Assembly (NCBI GenBank): GCA_002709665.1
Contig: PAQK01000029.1
Span: forward strand, 31,874-95,873
Reading direction: 5' to 3'
DNA from: Gemmatimonadota bacterium
GTDB taxonomy: Bacteria; Latescibacterota; UBA2968; GCA-2709665
DNA: 64,000 bases
A program made the translations under genes and the position numbers. Positions 1-8,054 of this stretch are shown here, one piece after another. The notes beneath the pieces are model-generated. The model made no database searches. It was given only the letters and a program-made list of their open reading frames with translations, and was not told the DNA's origin. How positions within the stretch are numbered: the first letter of the stretch is position 1; each line of letters begins with the position of its first letter.

Positions 1-286
1 CCATTTCGAGACCGGACATGGGTCCTCTTGCGATACCATTCTTGTCCATTATGGTGATCGCAGATTCTACATCTGCAGCGTGATGTCCTTTGAGCAGGAC
101 ATTCGGGTCGGATTCGAATGTTCCTGTTCCTTCTCCCCAGCCTACCAGACCATTTTTGGTCTCGATTTTAGTAATCAGCCCGGATGCGCCAAGGGTACCC
201 GATCCTCCTCCCCTTCCAACATAGGGGCCAACCGGAGCAGAATAGGGAATGGTAACCGATGTGGTTGTGATTTTGGAAATAATCAT
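1..286 (-). CDS. Enolase-superfamily enzyme (mandelate racemase / muconate lactonizing enzyme family). Only the first 95 codons are present; the gene continues past the left edge.
   Basis: Absent from the ORF track because no stop lies inside the window. Reverse-strand ATG at 284-286 has GGAGA about 7 nt upstream. Translation MIISKITTTSVTIPYSAPVGPYVGRGGGSGTLGASGLITKIETKNGLVGWGEGTGTFES fits the MR/MLE N-terminal capping domain (I.T..GlvGwGE). Confidence 0.6.
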   Translation of the reverse strand, partial: MIISKITTTSVTIPYSAPVGPYVGRGGGSGTLGASGLITKIETKNGLVGWGEGTGTFESDPNVLLKGHHAADVESAITIMDKNGIARGPMSGLEM

Positions 287-340
287 GTTGGAATCTCCAT
301 TGACCGGGTACTGTCAGGTGTTGGGGAAATCGTCGAAGTC

Positions 341-979
341 TCAAGATAACTCATTGCTGATCACGCGCGGTTTATAGATGGGCGTATCGGTCTCGACCAT
401 TCTGCCATCGCCGAGTACGATCTGATTGGGTGTCTCCAGTTTCACTCGCTTGGGATAATTCCGGTTCAGTTCGGCGGTCTGGGATTTTCTCCTGGACTCA
501 GCCTGATCGAAATTGAAATCATGCATCACTTCCTGGTGAAGATCTTCGAGTTGATCAGCAATCTCTCCCGTCGTATTTTCGACCAGGTTGGTCTGTTGGC
601 CCGGGTCATTGACGATGTCGAAGGCAAGATCATCACATCCTCTAAACGCGATGTATTTGTATCTGTCCGACCTGATCATCCTGAATTCGGCGCCTTCACC
701 CCATCTGGGCGAGAGTGATTCAGAAATCACACCGGGTCTGTCCTCAAGCGCCGGCACGGATTCGCCCCAGATTGCCGGGGAAAGATCCAGTCCGTCGAGG
801 TCTTCGCCCAGGGGTTTCTCGGTGAGTCCACAGATTGTTGGAAAAAGGTCGGCAAGGCTAACCGGTGTGGCGATCTTCCGGGTTGAGGTCTCGCCACCTT
901 CTTTTTGATCACGTGCCGATAGAAAACGATGGTTGTGTTCGTCACTGAGCAGAAACAGGACATTTTGTCTATCGGGCAT
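341..979 (-). pseudogene. Sulfatase remnant (choline-sulfatase-like ends) with an in-frame internal deletion of the catalytic core
   Basis: The N-terminal sulfatase block PDRQNVLFLLSDEHNHRFLSA is followed directly by the C-terminal block GGETSTRKIATPVSLADLFPTICGL...SDRYKYI...NDPGQQTNL. No C/S-x-P-x-R formylglycine motif is present. The product is about 213 aa, against roughly 450-500 aa for the family. Start taken at Met22 of the track ORF (979) to limit overlap with the upstream gene. Confidence 0.6.
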
Positions 980-3404
980 TTTCCGGTCCTCCGGATCGGT
1001 TGCGTTTTGACCTGAATATCCACACCAACCCTCCTGCGACAAGGCAGATATTCAGGATGAGCAGCAACTTGCGCAAGGGCGAGAGAAATGGCTCAATGAC
1101 AATCCTGTGTCTTCCAGCTCCAAGACGAAGCGCGATAAATCTGTCAGCAGTACTGATTGGGTTCGCTTCTGTTCCATTTACTGACACCCGCAAGTAGGGA
1201 TAGTACGCGTAGGCCAACCTGGCGAAGCACCTTTCGGTGACCTGAAGATCTATCTCGACTCGTTGGTTCCAAACCTGGTGATCCAGGACCTGAACCTCCG
1301 GTTTCGTTCCCAGATCTTCCACACCTTCGAAACCGGTGAGCAGGATCTGCTCGCTACTACCCTTGGACAAATCCGTTCTGCCCATCTCATTGAGCATCTT
1401 GATGAACTCAACGAGGACTTCCGGTTCCTCGAGTTCTTTTATGGGGTAGTGGTAGTCGATTGCCTTTCCGGCGACCATAACGGGAGTCGACTGCGGGAAA
1501 GGCCAGTAGAGAACGTTGTCCGCTTCGGGCCGATATGTGACGATGTGTTTCGTGTTGGACAGATACAATCCCTTGAGTGCGGCAAAGAAGTCTTCGGATG
1601 CTGTAAGGGTTTCGGCGTCCTCGAATTCACCAAACAGCTTGTTCAAGATGCTCTCCAGGGGTCTCGAGAAGGCCTTGACGGAAAGCGGCGCTTCGATAAA
1701 CATCTCCAAAAACGTGCTCAACCCGGCCGATGCCGACAGCCAGGAAATGATCTGGTGTCTATATACGTTATGGGTGGTGTAGAACACCCTGGTGCGTGGG
1801 ACCTGATTTGAGGGTATGTCTTCCTGGTACACCTCGTCCGGTAGTTTGTAGAGGTTGTCGGCGGTTCCTTCGCTCAGGTAGGGTTGTTGAAATGTGGTGG
1901 GACCCAGATCCAGTATGATCAAGAGGAAGATACCGGTAAAGATTCCGGTCCTGGTTCGTTTACGACCCAGGATGGAGATGAGATTCGCCGCGCCTACCCC
2001 GGCAACCAGCGACAGGAAGAAAGCTAGCAAGGTCAGGTAACGGCCTGAATTTGCCGCTCGGACGAAAAACAGGGATTGGAATACCGACCACCTGTACCCG
2101 AATATGAGAATCACTATGGCCAACAGACATATGGCCGCTCCTTTGGCCACCACGATTCCCGGCACCTGCCTGCGGGCGAATGGGGCAGCTAGACCCACAA
2201 GCGCCAGAAGGGTCAGGGAAACGCCAATATATCCACCGTACCAGTGGTTTTCGCTGGGATTCAGAGGGAAGAGATTGAAGCGGTAGTTGGACCAGAACAG
2301 GAGGTGTTTCCAGGTCGGGTCTGGAAAGCCGGAGATATCGTACCCCCAGTACATGACCGTTTCGCCCCTTTCCAACCATATTGGCAGGGTCATATATGCG
2401 CCCAGAACTACACCGCCACAGAACAACATAACGGTGTGTGCCAGGGGGTAGGTGTTTCTATCTGTAGCACCAAGGTACCGAATAAGGACATACAGGCCCA
2501 GAAAGGCCGTAGCCCAAAAGGCGTGCCCTGGGTGGGTGTAGGCAAGGCACCCCAGCGTTACTGCGCCAAGGACAGTTGAAGCCGGGCGTTTTGATCGAAT
2601 CCGCAATCGTTCCAAGAAATAGAACGGATAAGGGAGGAGGGCATACAGGACGGAGAGGTGAAGTCTTCCCATAATGAGAACCTGCTGGGTGTGCCAGAAA
2701 CACAATACGTATGCTGCTCCGGCGATTGCCCCCGTCCTGCGGGAACGGGTCAACGTTTTCGCGAACAGATACATACCCAGACCGGAGACCACATGTCCCC
2801 ATCCTGTTACCCATTTGATGGAGAAGAAGAGGTCGCTGAAGAGCAGATCGAAGAAGCCGACCAGGTAAGAAAACAGGAATCCGTAGAACTGACCATACGG
2901 TGACCCTGCGCAGATGAAGTTGGACCAGATGGGTAATTCGCCGTTGCGAAAGGCATGCGAAGCGATGAATGCGTAAGCGGTGTGCGCCGAGGTGTCGGCT
3001 ACCCAACTGGAATCTCCGAGCGAGAAATAGAACCGCACAGCGAGCAGGCTGCCAATACCAATGAAGAGCAGGGTGTGAACTTCAGAATCGAAGACGTTGC
3101 TGAAGAATTGGGAAAGGCGCTTTTTCCATATTTCTAGAACCAGGATGCAGATACAGACCGCCAGAATCGCGAGGGCCATCAACCCGTCTATACGGTCGAG
3201 AGGGACGTAATTCTGAACTTCCTCAAAGAAGTGTCTGGGATATTTATATCTGACGCCAGGTCCCATCACACTGAATTTTGCCAGCGTGCGATACTGGAAT
3301 ACCGCCAGCAGGACACTCAGGGTACCGATCAGGGCAAGTATTTCACGCGGCCATCCAGTCCCTGAGGCGTCGTAGGGACTGGGCTGTGGGGTATTTGAAG
3401 TCAT
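969..3404 (-). CDS. Large polytopic membrane protein with a C-terminal soluble domain and a terminal TM anchor. Topology resembles YfhO/GT-C membrane glycosyltransferases; family not identified.
   Basis: Uninterrupted 811-aa ORF. The first ~480 residues hold many long hydrophobic segments. A hydrophilic ~280-aa region follows, then a final hydrophobic helix (LLLILNICLVAGGLVWIF). Confidence 0.5.
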   Translation of the reverse strand: MTSNTPQPSPYDASGTGWPREILALIGTLSVLLAVFQYRTLAKFSVMGPGVRYKYPRHFFEEVQNYVPLDRIDGLMALAILAVCICILVLEIWKKRLSQFFSNVFDSEVHTLLFIGIGSLLAVRFYFSLGDSSWVADTSAHTAYAFIASHAFRNGELPIWSNFICAGSPYGQFYGFLFSYLVGFFDLLFSDLFFSIKWVTGWGHVVSGLGMYLFAKTLTRSRRTGAIAGAAYVLCFWHTQQVLIMGRLHLSVLYALLPYPFYFLERLRIRSKRPASTVLGAVTLGCLAYTHPGHAFWATAFLGLYVLIRYLGATDRNTYPLAHTVMLFCGGVVLGAYMTLPIWLERGETVMYWGYDISGFPDPTWKHLLFWSNYRFNLFPLNPSENHWYGGYIGVSLTLLALVGLAAPFARRQVPGIVVAKGAAICLLAIVILIFGYRWSVFQSLFFVRAANSGRYLTLLAFFLSLVAGVGAANLISILGRKRTRTGIFTGIFLLIILDLGPTTFQQPYLSEGTADNLYKLPDEVYQEDIPSNQVPRTRVFYTTHNVYRHQIISWLSASAGLSTFLEMFIEAPLSVKAFSRPLESILNKLFGEFEDAETLTASEDFFAALKGLYLSNTKHIVTYRPEADNVLYWPFPQSTPVMVAGKAIDYHYPIKELEEPEVLVEFIKMLNEMGRTDLSKGSSEQILLTGFEGVEDLGTKPEVQVLDHQVWNQRVEIDLQVTERCFARLAYAYYPYLRVSVNGTEANPISTADRFIALRLGAGRHRIVIEPFLSPLRKLLLILNICLVAGGLVWIFRSKRNRSGGPENAR

Positions 3405-3442
3405 ACGGATTCCGGGATTGAAAATTTATGGAATAGGTCTTT

Positions 3443-3955
3443 CTAATCCTTTTGATACAGGGCGGTACCGTAGAACTCGTATGAAGCGGCCTTGTCGGGC
3501 ACATCCACAACATGGACCGTAAACCGTGCTGGGACCCCGTGATCAGGCAATTCGTCTCTGAAATAGCCGGAGTAGGCTTTCGCGTAGGCAGTGCGGAGCC
3601 GCTCGAGTTCCGCAGCATACCCTTCAGGATCGACCAGAGGATCGGGAGACTTGGGACGACAGCCGAAGGCATGGATTTCAATGAAGTCGATTTCCTTCAG
3701 ACTATCACAAATGCCGGCCTCCTTGAGCCAGAGCTCCCAGCTTTGGAATACCAGGGGGATCTCACGTTCGGGATCCATTGTCACAACTTCCTTGTGTCCA
3801 AGGACGTTCTGGGCGGAGTATCCTCCGGTCAGTCCGGCGAAGTAGATTTTCAGATCGCCGTCTGGTTGTTTCTCGGTGACGAGAGCTGAGAGAGTCGGGT
3901 GATCACCGTTGTAATAGTAAGTGATCTTGCCGCGTTCTTTGACATTGAAAGGCAT
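3443..3955 (-). CDS. Hypothetical protein (170 aa), no recognisable motif
   Basis: Track ORF 3443-4084. I prefer the internal ATG at 3953-3955 because AGGAGG lies 8 nt upstream. Coding-like composition; family not recognised. Confidence 0.5.
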   Translation of the reverse strand: MPFNVKERGKITYYYNGDHPTLSALVTEKQPDGDLKIYFAGLTGGYSAQNVLGHKEVVTMDPEREIPLVFQSWELWLKEAGICDSLKEIDFIEIHAFGCRPKSPDPLVDPEGYAAELERLRTAYAKAYSGYFRDELPDHGVPARFTVHVVDVPDKAASYEFYGTALYQKD

Positions 3956-4429
3956 TGGTGTTTCCTCCTGTTGATATTTCAAGGGTTGGGCTCGAAGTTT
4001 CGAAACGATACGGGGCAGAAGTGTTCCATAATCGAGAGACAACAAATCCGATGGATAGAACCTGATGAGAACATTGTTCTTCAAAGTCAGAAACCCACTA
4101 TGAATTCAAACGCTTACGACAGAGAGCAATGGCTTCATCAATTCTGGCGGAAACCTCCTCATTTTTTACGAAGGGTTTAAGCAGTACAAAATCGAAAGGT
4201 TCGAGCCTTGGGGCGTTGATACTGTATCCTGATTGGAAATATTGGTGGGCAACCAATGCTGTAGTGTTCAGGGCCTACAAAACATACGAAATTCATTCTA
4301 AATTCGTAGTTATTAACTGCCTGACCCGACTCACGCTTGATAGTTCCCGCGTCGAGTTGCTAGATTCTCCCTTTGGTATTGGTGGATGGTTTCGGGTTCA
4401 ATGTGTGGACAGATACTTGGAGGCTTTCG

Positions 4430-5052
4430 ATGAGAGCTATCAGACTAACAGCTATGATTCTGGGCTGCGTTCTGATTGTGGCGCCAGAGAATACACAGGC
4501 AGGATGGAACCCATTCAAGAGGGACAAGAAAGAGAAGAAGCAGAAGGCGAAAGCTACAGAAAAAAAGGATAAGGTTGCTGAGACGATCGGATATTTCAAA
4601 GAACACGACCCGACTATGGTCAAGTTCTTTGACAACGCTCACGGATATACGATTTTCCCAACTGTAGGCAAAGGCGGAATGGGCATAGGAGGAGCCTACG
4701 GAAAAGGCAAGGTGTTCGAGGAAGGGAAGCTTGTTGGATCCAAGAGCCTGAAGCAGATCACGTTAGGTTTTCAGTTGGGCGGCCAGTCCTACTCAAAGGT
4801 CATTTTCTTCAAAACAAAGAAAAAAATGGATGAATTCAAGCGTGGCAATTTTGAGTTCGGCGCGCAAGCCTCGTCAGTAGCAGTGACTGCTGGTCTCTCA
4901 AGGGATGCGGCGTACGAACGAGGAGTGGCCGTCTTCACACTGGCGAAGGGGAGGTGATGTAAGAGGCCTCTGTCGGTGGTCAAAAATTCACCTACAAGGA
5001 GCTGGGGACCAAGAAAAAGAAAGAGAAGGAGGCAGGGAAAGGGGAGAAATAG
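4430..5052 (+). pseudogene. SYLF / Ysc84-like (DUF500) lipid-binding domain protein with signal peptide, disrupted near the 3' end by a frameshift and an in-frame TAA
   Basis: ATG at 4430 with GGAGG 8 nt upstream, and signal peptide MRAIRLTAMILGCVLIVAPENTQA. SYLF core: GKGGMGIGGAYGKG...LGFQLGGQSYSKVIFF...FEFGAQASSVAVTAG. The frame ends at TGA 4955-4957. The domain continues in the -1 frame as GEVM*EASVGGQKFTYKELGTKKKKEKEAGKGEK, with TAA at 4960-4962 and final TAG at 5050-5052. Confidence 0.6.
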
Positions 5053-5076
5053 CGGTCCAACGATTGGTAGGAAGTA

Positions 5077-5120
5077 TCTCGGCGATCTCATATTGCAATT
5101 GAGGTCGCCGATTCTTTTCT
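5077..5120 (+). terminator. Putative Rho-independent terminator downstream of the extended SYLF reading frame
   Basis: Imperfect long hairpin TCTCGGCGATCTCA...TGAGGTCGCCGA followed by TTCTTTTCT. It lies between convergent genes. Confidence 0.4.
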
Positions 5121-5131
5121 AGGTGAACAGT

Positions 5132-6139
5132 CTATTCGGGGCGTAATTCACCGTGAGATGTCTCACCCGGTGAGATGAACTCCACCGCAGGGTTTTCCAC
5201 ACGGCCGTATGCATTCCAGACTCTGAATCCGAGGAGCGAAAGCAGGTCGGGGGAGGCATCTTTGTGAACCTCTGCAGAGGTACCCACTGTGTAGTTCTCT
5301 TGCGGACGGAACTGGGGACCGCAAAACGTGGTGATCAGGGCAAGTCGGGGATGATCGCTTACATTTGCTCCGGTTCCATGCCAGATGCGGGCGTCGATGA
5401 TTAGAGCCGTACCTGCCGCTCCTTCCGCTGCGATAGCGTCTTCGTTGCGATCTTTGGTGGGATTGAGTCCGGACAGATGGCTTCCCGGTACAACCCTCGT
5501 ACCGCCATTTTCGGGAGTGAAGTCTACGAGCATCCAGAGCACATTTACTGCGGCTGCTGGAGCAACCAAAGGAGGATTTGGATCATCCACACCGTTGTCT
5601 GAACGGGAGATGGACCCGACGGGTAGCCTGGGCTTGTTACGTCGGGAAGGGGGTGGCATCCACCACTGGTCCGTGTGCAGGTCCATCTTGATGCCGCCGG
5701 GCTTTGCGATGTTGGCGGTATAGCTTGAGAGCAGATACTCGTCACCCAGTATGTGTGTAACTATGTTTCTAACGCCCTTGTTGAAGAGCACCTGGTGGAA
5801 CACTTTACCCTTGTTGACAAGCATCCAGAGACGTTGGTTGATACCTCCGCTCTTGGCGGTGAAGGCTTCGGATCTGATCCGTCCTTGCGCATCACGGAAT
5901 GCCCCCCAATTCTGTTTCTTCCCACCATCTTCGTAGGCGAAGCCCTTCTCCTTTTCTGCATCAGCCTGTTCTACCAATCTGGTTCGCAATTTTGAGACCT
6001 GTTCCGGATCCAGGGCATTTTCCAACAGACAATAGCCGGATTCATCCAGGTTGGATTTCGCGGTCTCGAGGTTTTCCGTTGGGACCGGCAGGGAGTCGTT
6101 TTCTGCCTTTGTCATGCGGTGTTCTTGGACATTCTGCAC
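5132..6139 (-). CDS. Phytanoyl-CoA dioxygenase (PhyH) family Fe(II)/2-oxoglutarate oxygenase
   Basis: 335-aa ORF with PhyH-like blocks (LHTDQWWMPPP, GGTRVVPGSH, ARIWHGTGAN). It starts 11 nt after the stop of the nitrile hydratase activator. GTG at 6139 has AGGA upstream; an alternative ATG is at 6115. Confidence 0.7.
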   Translation of the reverse strand: MQNVQEHRMTKAENDSLPVPTENLETAKSNLDESGYCLLENALDPEQVSKLRTRLVEQADAEKEKGFAYEDGGKKQNWGAFRDAQGRIRSEAFTAKSGGINQRLWMLVNKGKVFHQVLFNKGVRNIVTHILGDEYLLSSYTANIAKPGGIKMDLHTDQWWMPPPSRRNKPRLPVGSISRSDNGVDDPNPPLVAPAAAVNVLWMLVDFTPENGGTRVVPGSHLSGLNPTKDRNEDAIAAEGAAGTALIIDARIWHGTGANVSDHPRLALITTFCGPQFRPQENYTVGTSAEVHKDASPDLLSLLGFRVWNAYGRVENPAVEFISPGETSHGELRPE

Positions 6140-6150
6140 GTGTTCATTCC

Positions 6151-6492
6151 TTAGTGATGGTGGTGATGGTCATCCTCCTGAGAAATCTCGTGAGCCTTGC
6201 TTTCCAGCTCTTCCTTGGATATCAGACCCTTGGCGATGGCGAGCATCTCCAATGAGGCGAGCCACCTTTCGTAATAGGTAGAATCAGTACTGTGGTTTTC
6301 TGCAGCTCCGATTTCTCCCGCGAGACCTGAGCTGAAGTCTCTCCACGGGTATGAGCCCTGCTCATTCAGGGCAACTGCAATGCCGAATGCCCGGGCCTCC
6401 CAAGGATTCTCGAATACCAGCTCACCATTCTCACGCGGGAAGGCGGTTTCTCCATGCATATCGGAGATAGAGGAGTCCAGAGGTTCGCTCAC
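6151..6492 (-). CDS. Nitrile hydratase accessory (activator) protein
   Basis: 113-aa ORF immediately after nthA (3-nt gap). FENPWEARAFGIAVAL...YYERWLASLE is the pattern of NHase activator / beta-homolog proteins. Ends in a natural DDHHHHH tail. Confidence 0.75.
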   Translation of the reverse strand: MSEPLDSSISDMHGETAFPRENGELVFENPWEARAFGIAVALNEQGSYPWRDFSSGLAGEIGAAENHSTDSTYYERWLASLEMLAIAKGLISKEELESKAHEISQEDDHHHHH

Positions 6493-6495
6493 TGG

Positions 6496-7110
6496 TCAAT
6501 CCCCACTGGATACAGGTGGGTCCACTTTCGCCACACCGATCATTGCGTCCCGAGTAATCAGAGCTACAAGCTCCTCTTCGGTAAGATCCTCCGTTCCCGA
6601 GGGTTGCTCAGGCAGGACCATGTATCGCAGATCCGAAGTGCTGTCCCAGACCTTCACTTCGACAGATTCCGGTAGGTCGAGGCCGAATTCCCTCAAGACC
6701 GCACGGGGTTCTCTGACGACCTTGGATCGATAGGAGTAGGACTTGTACCAGTTCGGGGGAAGTCCTAGGACAGACCACGGATAGCAGGAACAGAGCGTGC
6801 AAACCACCACATTGTGAATATCAGGGGTGTTCTCGAGCACAATAATTTCAGCCTGTTGAGATCCCTCGAACCCAAGCTCGGCGATTGTCTCGGTGCCTTT
6901 CTCCAATAGACGTTGCTTGTAGGCGGGGTCGACCCAGGCCCTAGCGACCACTTTGGCTCCATTTAATGGACCGATGTCTTCTTCATAGGTCTTGACGATG
7001 GCATCTATAGCTTCTGTTGTTATGATCCCTTTTTCAACAAGCAGAGACTCCAGGGCTTTTGTCCGAATCGCAGCATCCGATTGGTCGTGCTCTGTATGGT
7101 CGTGGCTCAT
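6496..7110 (-). CDS. nthA: Nitrile hydratase alpha subunit, cobalt type
   Basis: Metal-binding motif VCTLCSCYPW (Thr/Tyr variant, Co-type). Start moved to the ATG at 7108-7110 (MSHDHTEHDQ...), which has AGGAAAC upstream. The longer track ORF would overlap nthB. Confidence 0.9.
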   Translation of the reverse strand: MSHDHTEHDQSDAAIRTKALESLLVEKGIITTEAIDAIVKTYEEDIGPLNGAKVVARAWVDPAYKQRLLEKGTETIAELGFEGSQQAEIIVLENTPDIHNVVVCTLCSCYPWSVLGLPPNWYKSYSYRSKVVREPRAVLREFGLDLPESVEVKVWDSTSDLRYMVLPEQPSGTEDLTEEELVALITRDAMIGVAKVDPPVSSGD

Positions 7111-7132
7111 TTTGTTTCCTAACGATAGATCG

Positions 7133-7795
7133 CTACTGGGGTTCCAGATATGATTCCCACATATCCAGTGTAACTGTTGAGTTCGGTTCTGCCGATTCGC
7201 CCCAGAGCTCTTTCGCATCAAACTGAACAGCATAAAGGGGTTCGAGAGGAGCAGATTGCCCGGTTGGTAAGGCGTCCTGAAGGGCGTGAATGCCGTAGAA
7301 GTTGGTTACTTCACCAGGCTTCCCGCGAACGTACCTGGGCAGACGAGTGTGGCCTTCAGGATGGATGTTTCTTGTCTTGATTCGGCTCCCAATTTCGAAC
7401 TTCGGGCTGATCTTCTCCAGATTTCGGTTTGGAAATGATGCGCGGCTGGTTGGGACCGTCTCAGCTTCAACTGACACATGTTCCAGTACACTTTCATCAG
7501 GATTATCTTCGAAGAATCTGACCTTCTCTTCAAGTTCCTCGGGAGTTATGGCCCCTGCGTCAACTAGGCCCTTGATTCGTGCGTGAAGCCACTTTTCATA
7601 ATAGCTTGAGGTGAGATAGTAGCCAGGCTCCATTGTCTCGATATTGTTGCGCATCCCGCCTGGTATGGGAATCGGAGTCGCCCTTACAATCGCCAATACC
7701 CTCCCTTCCCAGAGATAGTGAAATACAGGCTCTTCCTCCTCACGGAGGATGGGCCCAAACCCGTGCATGCCGCCCATGTCGTGTATTCCGTCCAT
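7133..7795 (-). CDS. nthB: Nitrile hydratase beta subunit
   Basis: Canonical N-terminus MDGIHDMGGMHGFGPI. 220 aa. The beta-alpha-activator order is typical of Co-type NHase operons. Confidence 0.9.
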   Translation of the reverse strand: MDGIHDMGGMHGFGPILREEEEPVFHYLWEGRVLAIVRATPIPIPGGMRNNIETMEPGYYLTSSYYEKWLHARIKGLVDAGAITPEELEEKVRFFEDNPDESVLEHVSVEAETVPTSRASFPNRNLEKISPKFEIGSRIKTRNIHPEGHTRLPRYVRGKPGEVTNFYGIHALQDALPTGQSAPLEPLYAVQFDAKELWGESAEPNSTVTLDMWESYLEPQ

Positions 7796-8054
7796 ATGAT
7801 TCTCCAGGGATTGTTTTTTCAGAGGGGTTGGGTAATTTAATTCCTCTGTAGAGGCGGATCAAGCGAAAAGGGGTCATCCAGGTTTCGTCAGAAATAAGAG
7901 AGAACCTTCTAAAGAACGGCGAAATCATGGATTGGATCGATCTTGTGTGATCAGATAAAGTTATTGACAATAAAGGGATTAGTCCGTATCCAGTGTTCTT
8001 CGTAAGAACAGGCTGACCTACATATTAGAATAGGGTGAATGTCCGGGGGAAGGT

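Noticed and set aside
80-349. Plus-strand 89-aa ORF at the left edge
   Set aside because: The opposite strand encodes a well-formed MR/MLE enolase-superfamily N-terminus with an RBS. The plus-strand translation has no motif.
6151-6180. The C-terminal HHHHH of the activator as an engineered His-tag (a cloning artefact in the assembly)
   Set aside because: There are five His, not six, encoded by mixed CAT/CAC codons. The run is preceded by native acidic residues, with no vector or linker sequence. A metal-handling tail is plausible for a cobalt chaperone.
6496-7233. The nitrile-hydratase alpha-like sequence as an NHLP-type RiPP leader/precursor
   Set aside because: It is a full-length alpha subunit with the intact CTLCSC metal site. 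It is flanked by a canonical beta subunit and activator, and there are no Gly-Gly cleavage or core-peptide features.
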